From Ruditapes philippinarum (Eukaryota): 64,000 nucleotides of DNA. The notes beneath the pieces were generated by a model. It was not told the origin of the DNA, did not search any database, and saw only the letters and a list, made by a program, of their open reading frames with translations. A program made the translations under genes and the position numbers. The stretch lies in the NCBI RefSeq assembly GCF_026571515.1, contig NW_026852804.1:1-64000 (forward strand), in the 5' to 3' direction. Shown here one piece after another: positions 52,601 through 64,000 of this stretch (the first letter of the stretch is position 1; each line of letters opens with the position of its first letter).

Positions 52601-55600
52601 TCTATGTTAGATAGTATGGAAAGAATCTCATTTTCAATTGCGTCACCAATCAATCCGTTTCCAAATATATTTAGTTACTTGTTTTCTTAAAAAGACATGC
52701 TATCTTCATACAGTTCGTATGACAATGAAAATGTACACTAAGGGATTTCGTTTTTCTCTATTTTTGTGTTATAGCTAATGTTATTTTTTACATTTATTGA
52801 TGTCTGGTGAAAATACCTGCTTTTCTATGTTTGCATACTTTAACTATATTAAATTAAAACTATATAACAAAATTTATTGTGTAACAGTAAATGAAAGCTA
52901 CCGTCAAAGCTCCTTGGCACCAACTCACACTGAATATAAACTAGTGTTGAACAAGACAGTTTCAATCAGGTACATGCAAGAACAGTAAAATAGAGAGAAA
53001 TAAAGAATCCCTAAAGAAAGCCCAACAAGACAAAATTGAAAATGTTGCAGGCTCGGTTTGATTGAGCCTGTTCATGAACGGTAATGGAAAGTGCAAGTAA
53101 CCGTCCACGCCCCCTAGCACCGGCTTAAGCAGAATTCAACATTTAATCAAGGTAATGGTGAAATTGTGAATTTAGAAACATCCGCAGATGTGTTCATACG
53201 GCAGTTATCACTGCTTAATCGGTTCAATTGTCATAGGATTAATTAAAATGACCCTTATTAAGTTAAAAGAAATCTACGAACACTTTGCATGAAATTCTGT
53301 AAATGGTACATGTATGGCCAATTCTCAGTGCAGCAATTATTTTGCAAACATATACTGGTATACACAAAACTAATAAAGGTAGATAACGTTATTGTGTCCT
53401 AATAATATACTGTATTATATATATGTATATATTTAAAAAAAGTCTTTTCCATATTTCACCTGTAATATAAGGCATGCAGAAAACTGTTTTTAGCATACTT
53501 ATGAATATATCTGCATTTGCTGTTTGTGCTATGGCACAAAAAATTAATTAAACGTCGCAAAAAAGGAATTAAGCAAAAACGGATGCTTCAGTAAGTATGT
53601 GTATAATGAATCATCGAACTAGAAGCCCTACTAACGATATGCATTAATATGAAATATATCAATGTAATATTCAAGTCCACCATTGTAGGGGTTGCCAGCT
53701 AAACCTTAAACATATTTTATTCTTCTTCGACAGAGGAAAAGAGCTTGAAACATACTCAAAACCCTCTGACGAACCGCAATATTTATGTTAAAGGCAAACC
53801 AAACGGCTTTTAGAACATCAACCTTATTTCATCTATATGTACCACTTAAATAACAGTAATTGCGTAAGCCAATATAACCATACAAACGATGTAGTAAATT
53901 TGTTTGTTTTCATTATAAAGAAAAAGGCCAAAATTCGTAAACACATGTGACTCAAATGTAATTAATCAATTGATACTACTAATCATCAAAAGCAGGAAAC
54001 CTATTTTACGATATTTCATTAACGAGGACAAGATCAATGCACTACAGTATGTCAGAGCATGCCTTATATCAATTAAATTCCACAGTCAAGTAATTCTTTA
54101 CATGCAATATACGTGATAAATTAATGCTACTGTAATTGAAGATTAAATAGGAACATTATCGGTATTTACTTAAAGACAGCAAATACGCAGAACTAAGTCA
54201 GCATATTGTGGTAGTCTGATTTTTGTATACAATAATTCAGACAGGAGGTATGCTCAACAATACTTTACAATCTATAGTTTGAAAATAAAATAAAAAAAAA
54301 GTTTCGGTAAAATGTATTCATGTTTCATAGTTGTACCATATATACAGGAGCCAGTGGAGGATGCAACAACCAAAATCAAGAAAAGGCTTAAAGGCGGTGC
54401 ATGGGAGCAAACAAAGACGCCCCAACTGCATAAATATTATGAACCCTGTTAAGTCATAATTCTCATATAGTTATTTCCCACAATTCGTTACCTGAAAAAG
54501 CATACAGTTTTTGTTCGTTTTATGTTTCTGAGTGGATAAACTTATTTATATATAGAAATGATATTCGATAATTTTACAGTGAAAATTATCGAAATAAATT
54601 TAAATCTATTATTTTCTATAATATCAATCGCAATGAAATATATCAAACTTATTTTAATTCGCTGATCACATCGTTAAATTTTCATTCATGATAACAGTCT
54701 AATGATTGGGTTTTACCCCACACCAACACAGTATAAGTTTCGAATGTATTTTCCCCGATTACATGCTAAGTAAGTTTAAGTGTCCTACGAGCAACAATTA
54801 TGCAACAAATGTAATGCTTATAGTGGGCACAAAGACATTAGTAAATAACCGAATTTTTGCCCTAGTCTTTTCTTAAATGCAATAACAGTCATAATTTATT
54901 GTGATTAATAATCCTTGAATTAGTTTTCCCGTTCTTTTCAATAGGTGTAAGATTAACAAATTCAAAGAATATCAGTTAAATTAAACACATGCAATCATGT
55001 TCACCGAGATTTCACGGGTAAAGACTTATTTTGTAAATAATATCATTGCCATCTAATGTTCATTATTGAATTGTTTAAGCTCAAGTCAACTATATTTTAA
55101 AAGGTCCTCACAAATTGAAGCTCCAAGAGAGGAAAACAAATCTTATAAGTACATGCCATATTGAAGAAATGTGATTCAAACACGTTATTGAGCATACGAA
55201 CAAAAATATTTGTGTTGTTGTGTAAGATGTAATTTTAGTTTCATCTTGTAAGCTACGCACCTCGTACGAATACCTTTTTGAAGCTTACTCAATGTAATTA
55301 AATTTCATATTACAAAAACGCCAAATACTCTCGGGTTCGTCATATAAAATTAATCTCATCATTGAATTTAAAAATAAAATGAAAGAATAAAACAAATAAA
55401 AAATAAATTAATAAGTTATTACGATTCAAATCTAAATGGTTTAGTATCCCCATGATGCCGAGATAAATGTTATCGTCTTTGTTATTATAACATTAGGAAG
55501 TTATTTTACTTATTTCACGTTTGAGAGTAATAATACAACATTATGAATAATTAAAATCATACAACAATAAACGCCATGCTTTAATTGTGATTACTGATAC

Positions 55601-57721
55601 CGCATTTCATACGATAATATCTAAGGGGAAATCAGTAAGATCTGTTGTTTATTTAGAAATGATCAATGTTTTACTTTAGGTTTGGAATGTATATGTAATA
55701 TTGTCATGAATAAGTTTCTATTAATTTTCTGACAAAGCTTTCCTTTTTTTTTCAGTTCTTTTAAGTTTGTTTAGATGATGTTTCAAGTATACAATTTTAT
55801 TACAATAGGTATTTGATAGTTACACGAGGGTTGTCCCAATATTCTGTGACAAGATTGTTTAAAGGCTAAGTAAAATAGGTACACATCTGATATTTTAACT
55901 ATATATCATATTTATGCATGTCATTTCAAGATTGGAAAGAAAATACTGTATCTTCATTGAATATTTATAGAAAAGAACATAACTTCAAGTTTGTCGATTT
56001 GATTTAAGTATGGAGTCTGATTTCTTATATTGTGATTCTAAACTTGTAGACATGGTATTGATTTTAATAGTTCTTTTCAAGGCACATTATGCCTCAGAAA
56101 TCGATAAACTTTCACTTCTTTAGAAAGCGTAAAAAATAATTCTCTAATGTTTATATAATGGTTTTAGAGCATATCAGATGCTTGTTACCTCAAGGAATTA
56201 ACGTTAAATGTGAACTATTTTTTCATAAAAGTAGCAATTTTCGGTTATACTTATCGTTGTCTTCTTATATAGTGCTCTATATAAAATTTTACAAAAAAGG
56301 CGATTTTCATTTTGAAGAATGCATTGAAGGTATTTCCTTATAAATGGTCTAATAAAAATTATGTCTTTCTAAGGTAAATTGCAAAAAAAGTAATAATATG
56401 TACATAATATCTTATCTTAAAATTAATTAACATATTTGACATTTTAAGAAACACTCCATTAATACATTTTATTGAAATTATGAAAAGCAGAGACCCCTGG
56501 AGACCATTTGAAATAAAATAGAAGTCATATTTAGTTAAGGTTGCAGGATTCCAGAATCGCAATATCTCCCACACTTTAAGCCAACAGATATCATAACATA
56601 CCGGTTCCATTTTAATAAAGACTGACAAACCACATTTCTAAATTTCTTCTTCATAGACATGCACATAATGGAAATAAAGTCAAAGCTCCATGTCGAACTG
56701 CATATCAATTCTGACCTTTCATTTGAATATTAATAGATTTAATCACAAACATTGACGCGTACCCTTTTGTTAACAAATATGTTGTGGTGAAATTCTTATT
56801 GTATCCACAAATCTGATAATTAAAATTTGAAAGGCCAGGGATCTTCACATTTTATGCCAATGATGTTTCTTAAACTTCTCTTATTACAACAGCATTGTAT
56901 GGAGTACAGATCTTCAATTGAAATTATATCAATCTTGTTTCACTGATGAGATGTAAAGGTGCATGAATTCATAAATAAAGAACCCCAGAGTACTAAGCAA
57001 TGTGAAAGTCAAGAGCTCATAGATATCCAAGTACCTAAAATATCGTTAACATATCTCAAATTCATATTCTATCTCGATAGATGTTTACTAAATCAGCTCG
57101 TTTGTCGACTGTAATTCAAGATATTTTTCAGCAAATAAAGGCTGTATGAACAAAATCTATTTGAGCACCAGTGACATTGTCCCAAGTGAATGGCCGTTAT
57201 AAGCTCAGGATTTGTCTAGACCTACATAATTTGTAACATTTATCTCGAAAAATAATGTCCAGTCCCGTCATGTCAAAAACCATAAGTGGAATCCCTTTAA
57301 AATACATTAAATACTTAATTCTTAACAAGAAAAATATCTAATATTCATTGTTTCTTTTCATGTTCTAAGAAGAATGTTTCGAAATAGAACTGTTTTTCAA
57401 AATGATGGACACAAATAAATGTCCTGGTCTTTATAACTATCAGTAACGATAACATAAAATATATCATTTATGGGTAACAAAAGACAGACGAGACTTATAT
57501 TTAGGAGTTTTAGCAGTTAAGACTTATCAAGTTTTGGTATTATAGTAAAGTAAAAAAAATGGAAATAGTTACATGTATTGCTCTTAAATTAGAGTAGCAT
57601 AAGACTTAGTATGTTTTATCTATGTTTATGTACAGCCAGATGGAACTTTCTTTGGAAATATTCAAGCAGATACGTCTTCAGGGCATACAAAAATAAATGG
57701 TTAACAACAGTTCTAATATAA
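49681..57721 (+). CDS. Candidate small multi-exon gene, unknown product (exons 49681-49748, 50622-50646, 54348-54447/54452, possibly 57636-57721)
   Basis: GT-AG sites with compatible phases (2, 0, 1) give MATIPFCPLTLPNGPLARIGYRSPIKKKDQKEPVEDATTKIKKRLKGGAWEQTKTPQLHKYYEP followed by C* or SRWNFLWKYSSRYVFRAYKNKWLTTVLI*. No homology recognised. Confidence 0.35.
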
Positions 57722-58431
57722 ATTGACATCTGTGTATTGATCGACTATCAACAAGATGGTAAGAAGGTTTTAAGTACAAAATAATCATGTTTTCTGTCGC
57801 TGTAAGCGTGAATCGATTGATATATTACTTCGCTTAGTATTTAAACATCCTAATTGAAGACATTCCGTGACATTCCGACATATTCTCATTGAATTGCTAA
57901 CAACATTGGAACTTGAAACAGGCTCAGCGAAATGAAATTGACTAATAGTTGACTTATTAAAAGTAATTGTTGCGTTTTCATTTTAAAATTAATGAAATAA
58001 TGATACTTGTACAAATTGTCTCATATAAAATCATATCGATGTTTTGGAAATATGTTGTTTCATTTTTTTTTCTACATTAATTATTGAAAATTAAAAATAA
58101 GTTATTTGTGCTTTATACATACATGTTTGTCACCGTGTGTAATAATATTAGTATCATAAAACTATATAAATAGTTTTTGCAATTAAGTTCGTCATATTTA
58201 ACTGAACAATAATAACATGTTTTTGCTGTTATGCAATTTGAAATATATCATAATAAACAAATTGTCATAACCATGCACTTGCACATTAAGAAACTTTTAT
58301 AAATGTTTAAAGACTTAACGCGTTTAAAACTTGACTGTCAGTCATGTACAAAACATCTTTTTACACGTTATCACGTGACACTTATTCACATTATATTTTT
58401 ACACTGAACAAGCTTCCTGACTTGAAATAAA

Positions 58432-58482
58432 CCACGGACAAGTGGTTTCAACCCGACGACCTTAACCACTCGGCCGCGAAAG
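58432..58482 (-). mobile_element. tRNA-derived SINE head fragment
   Basis: Minus strand GCGGCCGAGTGGTTAAGGTCGTCG carries an A-box; no B-box or cloverleaf follows. Confidence 0.45.
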
Positions 58483-60035
58483 TCTTCTGGCGACCGGTGC
58501 TATAAAAATCCTTCAATTAGGTTAATTAACCAAATTACGATAAAAAGATGGGAAACATTATGCTTCCCGATTAATTATAGATTAGATAATTAGAACATTA
58601 ATTAGAACATTACTGTGCTGTAAAATGATTTGAAAACTGTCAATGATAATCAGTACATGGGAGATGTACAAGTACATTAATTTGTAAAACATTAATTTGT
58701 TTTAAATCACCAAGCGTGCAATGGTACAGACTGAAATTATTTTTATAATTGTTTCCTTATCAAAAATTTTATTTTCTTCTTCCCGAAATGAAAAATATAG
58801 TTTTTATTTATGTATCTATTTACAATTTAATTCAAATCATTTAGTTAACGAAGTTATTTAATTTTAATTAATGATTCAAATATAAAACATAATTCAAAAG
58901 TTGTGAAACAAACATCAGGTTAATGGAAATTATAGAAAAAACATAATTTATAAAAGATAATTGCATTATAAGGATGTTTCATATAAATTTGACGGTCTAT
59001 TCAGGTATTTTTTATAAGAATGAAGTTTTAGTAGGCCCATGGACACAGTATTCACAAAAGCATTGTGTGATATTATACTATTTATAATGTCAATGGTGAT
59101 CATCCTTTCTATGTGAGATATGAGTACATGTCATTCCTACTTGATTTATATCGGAAACATTTAGGTAGTGTCCGTAGTTTGTTCCTTCATTTCAGGTTGA
59201 TGATATCAGAGGAAGTGGTAAATGATAATTCTAAGTCATTAAAAATCTTTCTGAACATATTCAAAAATTTAATGTTAGTCAAATTTTTAGTCAATATAGT
59301 CTTATCTTCTAAACAATATCAATCCCAATTTTAGTCTAGTAAAAATAAAATATGACCTAGAACTAATTGCAAAAGTTTTGAATCTTTGTTCATTGAATAG
59401 GTCTGGTATATGTATATGTCAGAAAAAAAGTTGCACATATAACTCTGTGCACAACTTTTTTTACAAGCGTTCAAAGTTCACGAATTTTAACTTTATATTT
59501 TAAGACCCAAACTGTACACCATACACGCGGTTTTTTCCTATGACGTAACAATTTTACGTAGGCACGTGTGTCATTGAAAACTTGTCATATGATTTCGTGA
59601 AACTTCCGTCGAAACATAAATATCATTTTTAATCAAAAATAGCGTTTAGATGGCAAAGGTAAGTTTGTTTTGTGTATTTTACATTTACTTTTATAATTTA
59701 TGCCTTTTTACTTTCACAATAAGTGCCATAGTTAAATATAACTATGATTTTATGATAAAAAATTTTTGGAAATAAACACCAAACCAATATCACCAGTAAA
59801 TGTAAGTAGATTTGATTTTATTCTATTCCTAAAATAAACGATATATATATATATATATTTATAAGAAAACGATGTTAATAAGACATATTTAATATGAAAA
59901 CTTTGTATTTTCGACATTATATTGTGACTTTGAAATGAACAAATTTCACGATTTTTTAATCTACGGAAGACAAAACGGGACATAATTTACGTCGTGAATA
60001 TGCATTATTTTATTATCACAAGGTATTTTATTGTA

Positions 60036-60504
60036 CTGTCGGGGACCATCAAACGAACACTTTTTGAACAATTTGTTCGTGCAAATTTCATAATTTGTAA
60101 CCTAGAGACCTTAAAATTTGACACAGTTCAGCTAGGTTCTTCACCTAACTATCAAACTAGTTTGTTTATTTCTGATTGTATGGACACTTATATCTGAGGC
60201 TGCACAAGGAGGGTATCAAAATTACCTAACTTGTTACCTACACTACAGTACCATGTGTCCGTACATATATGTACATCACGTTGGGTGTTTTGATTTTAGA
60301 TTTTTAACATGATATACAATATTTCAGCAACAAATGCTGAAGTTTTGGATATTCTATTGTTAAAAATATTACCATTTATGTAGGTTGAAATAAATTTATT
60401 TACTTAATTTGACTGACAACCACTGAACAAAGAAAATACTAAATAAAGCATTTTCGGGGCCGTCCGGGTTTGGTGGTTGTCTGGTTTTGGTGGTCCCAAA
60501 CCAG
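60036..60504. mobile_element. Old TA-flanked MITE
   Basis: TA|CTGTCGGGGACCATCAAAC and GTTTTGGTGGTCCCAAACCAG|TA, diverged TIRs. Confidence 0.4.
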
Positions 60505-61543
60505 TATATAAAACAATATTCAGATTTACATGTACGTATATATAAATTTATATTTAGATATATATTTTGCATTATTAAACATGTAAATGTACATAAATAA
60601 AATCAATACTTAATTTCAGATAGGACATCCATGATTTACACACCAATGGTCATATGATGATTATCTAATGTTCAGCTGTCTCTTGTATCAAGGTGAGTCA
60701 TACTTTAAGTATTATCTTTGCACAATTTCTATCTATAATATATGAACAATGTTTGTTTTAACTTGTCCTTTTTTTAAATATGCTATTATGTGAAATGGAC
60801 CACACCAGTAGCTCTTCATAGGAAATTTGCAAAAATCGCTTCCGAGCTTTCATACTACATGATTGCCCGAAACATACGATACATTCCTTATATGTTCACC
60901 TTCCTCGGTCTGTTGTGATTGTATAACTTACTGATTTAATATTTTAAAAATGCAAAGTATAACATAGTACGGATATTTTATGTTATTGCCTACATTTAAC
61001 ACCTATGGAAAGTAATGCCGAATATTCAAATTGGCATTGGCCAAATGACGTCACGCTTTAGTTTATTAATCAAAGTGGAAAAATGAAATGAACGATTATG
61101 TCATTTGATTATCGATTCATGCAAAATATACTTGTTTCTTTTAAATACAAAGTTAATATGCTAATATAAATATATGCTAAATTCATACATGATTTCTCAC
61201 AAAATATGTCTTTTATTTCTATAGATGATACAAGCCACATTACCCAACCATGCTGATGGAACAAACAACGATATGAAGGGCGTTGCATTTCGGTATGTTT
61301 ATACTGACTACTGTATATTAAATTAATAAAAACTCATGACAATTTCTCTGTAAATATACACATGCTTGCCATTAAGTTTTCGGACAAAGGTTTAATGTAT
61401 GTTAAATGCAGGGAAATAACATAGGCTATTTAAGGTAGGCTGAAATAAATGCACATTTTATACTGAATATTTCTATACTGAATTTTTTTTTTCAGAAACC
61501 CGTTGTGCATTTCTGATTTCGGGATCTACAAGTAAATATCAAC

Positions 61544-63043
61544 ATGGCAACAGGTATATTTTGTTTTTACCAATGTCAGATGGTTTATACATTCATCATG
61601 TTCCCATGTGTCGATATTGGTCTGAATAGTAAGAAAATCAATACACAAACATATATAAAATAACATATTTCATAAGTTATATACATGTATGATGTATATT
61701 CATATTTTACACTACATAATTATTACTATTGTTACTGTGAAATAAAGCATATACAAAATAATAATATATACAGATCTGTAGATTTAAAATATGCTTTCAG
61801 ATTCTACAACGTGCGTATTTTGTGCGCAGGATATCCAGAATAGGTCCCAATTGTCACTCTCAGAGAGAAGGGAAGCAACAGTGTTAACCATGCTAGCGAT
61901 CTGAGGAATTCAAGTATACAAGTATACGAACAATTACAGGCCAAATTGTGCACCAAGACTGTAGAAGGGACTTTATTCACAATAGAAACATTTCAAATAG
62001 TTCCAATGTTAAGTGTAACCAAGTTAAAAGACCTTTAAGATCAAATGCTTATTTTGCTTTTAAGTGTAATTGCTTGTTCTGTGGTAAGCCTGTAAAGTTG
62101 CATCTGGTAAACGTAGATGTTCATCCTGGTAGAAGTTTTGATTTTCAGGAAACACATCGTCGGAACCCACGGTACACATTCCGTATATACTACATTTAAT
62201 ATTATTACCAATACATATATACGGTAAATAGCCTGGGTTACCGAGGATGCAGGAAACAATACAACTCAAATGTTCTGAGAGAAACAATCAAACTCAAATG
62301 TTCTGAGAGAAACAATCTGTGGGGAAATGTTGTTTTAAACAGACTGTTGTCAGTTTTGGATTTTCGTCAGATTCGAAGAATTATATTTCAGATCAGACAA
62401 TGAAAACCCAAATAGTTTGGCATATATATTCAAAAGACACCAAAATGTGATTGGAATAGAGATTTGTTATCTCCTACCATTCCTGCACGCTTTCTCTGGT
62501 TGCGACAGTTCTTAAAATAATGTGTAAAAATATAGTGTTCCGGCAAAATGCTGCAATATTTCATTCTTCAATAAACAAAGAAGAAATTATTACAGGTGGT
62601 GAAAATGCCATGAGGATATTATATGATGGAGCTAGGGAGATAAATTTGAACAGACTGAGATTTCACAAATTTGTAAGTAAAACCATGTCAAGTTCATCTG
62701 TTATTCAAGTTCAAAGCATTCCGCCTACGTCTGATGCTGCGGCGCAACACTCTATACAGTCATATTTTCAAACATAAACATGGATTGGAAATGATAAATT
62801 AGATCCAACTGAATGGGGATAGGAACTTCTCTAAGGACTCTTGTACCCACGAAATCTACACAACCAGCTGCTCCAGATTTTCTTTTAAATATCAGATGCA
62901 ATTGCAAATAATGCCACTCTTAGAAATGTACCTGTCGCAAACATGACCTCGAATGTTCGGTTGGTTGCGGAGAATGTCTTTGTATTAGCTGTTCAAACTG
63001 TCGGTCCATTTCAGATATTGATTTTGCAGACATGGAGGACTAG
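61544..63043 (+). pseudogene. Decayed, internally deleted Academ (AcademX-type) transposase gene
   Basis: ATG GCA ACA G, intron, then AT TCT ACA ACG TGC GTA TTT TGT (MATDSTTCVFC). VTLREKG..VHQDCRRDF..CLFCG N-terminal motifs. LHAFSGCD (XPG/H3TH-like) at about 62483. IPPTSDAAAQH..LDPTEWG..PAAPDFLL..RCNCK..CTCRKHDLECSVGCGEC..CSN Cys-rich C-terminus. Many stops and frameshifts; central region missing. Confidence 0.75.
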
Positions 63044-64000
63044 ATCTTGTATCGACACAATGCTCTTAGAACTAAGTTGTCAATTTTTACCTGTTTTGTA
63101 TTGAAATGTATTCATATTTTGTGTTATTATTGGCAATGTACATGCATCTGGCATCTTGTTTTTACATAAGCAATAGAGGTTTCACTTTAAGTTATTAATA
63201 TAAAACTTTGCAGACAAATATGTTCTATATATTGAACAGTCTCATATTCCTCGCGATGTAAATACAATGTAGCTTGTAACAAAAACAAAAGATTTATAAT
63301 AATACTCTGTTTGCTTGCCATATGAAGTAGTTCTTTAGTATTGTAGTTATACTCTTTTATCCAGTGTCAAATTATACAAAAATTTATGGACAATATTTTA
63401 CATTGGTGTCTATCACAAAACAATTAACTTGTACTAGCACCAAACTATGCCCTATAACATAAATGTAGTAAAATGTTTGAAACAATTTAACTCCAAAGGT
63501 ACAATAGTATTGTACATTTAAAGTTAGATTGTATATTGAATACATACTTATCAATGCTTTCTTATATTTGCTTGTGTTGCGACACACTGTTTGTTTTCTC
63601 TAATTGTCAATGTCAAAGTTCACCTATTGTAAATAAAAATGTATTACTATACTGTCTGAAATACAGAACGATAATTTCAAATTTATAGAAGTGGTCTTAT
63701 ATGTTGTAGACTGTTATGTGTTAGTACAAGCATGACAATAACTCTACCATACACTTAAAGTGATTAAAGTGTACATATCGATGTGACAAAAATGTAGTTC
63801 TTGTGAATGAAACAGCCTGTATATTCGTGTTCTTTATATTTATTATCACTACATTGTTGCTTGCCAAATTAGGTAGCTCTTCGGTACATTTGTACATTTG
63901 TAATATAGTTTTATTCCGTGTGTAGTGACACTTAAATATATATACTACAATTTCTCCATAGACCGGGCATAGTATTTTGCATCTGTAGTTTTGGTAATTG

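Noticed and set aside
55823-55855. CACGAGGGTTGTCCCAATA, mariner-like left terminus
   Set aside because: No matching inverted partner found in the window.

Overview
AT-rich eukaryotic (animal) genomic scaffold with two N-gaps. The repeat types suggest a marine invertebrate, probably a bivalve mollusc such as an oyster (inference, not verified). Most supplied ORFs are spurious; the real coding signal appears only after splicing. Main contents: (1) 4387-14746, a four-level nest: a CACGGTG-ended, 5-bp-TSD (Transib-like) element holds a palindromic MITE, which holds a 21-22-bp-repeat MITE dimer, which holds a 6.1-kb AGTAGT-ended, 6-bp-TSD Polinton/Maverick-like element that is almost entirely one inverted repeat (arms about 2.9 and 2.7 kb around a GGA-rich spacer). 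(2) About 20.6-31.2 kb, a composite insertion with a 5'-truncated Penelope-like retroelement whose 3' region folds as a P5-type twister ribozyme, and a decayed multi-exon gene encoding two C2H2-like fingers, Ser/Arg-rich repeat exons, a tyrosine recombinase domain and 25-aa repeats (Crypton-like). (3) An intact two-exon gene for an unrecognised 142-aa protein (46413-47427) and a weaker multi-exon candidate (49681-57721). (4) A decayed, internally deleted Academ-type transposase gene with spliced 5' leader exons (about 59.6-63.0 kb). (5) Kolobok-type and TA-TSD MITEs, SINE fragments, microsatellites and an old tandem segmental duplication. No rRNA, intact tRNA or CRISPR array was found.
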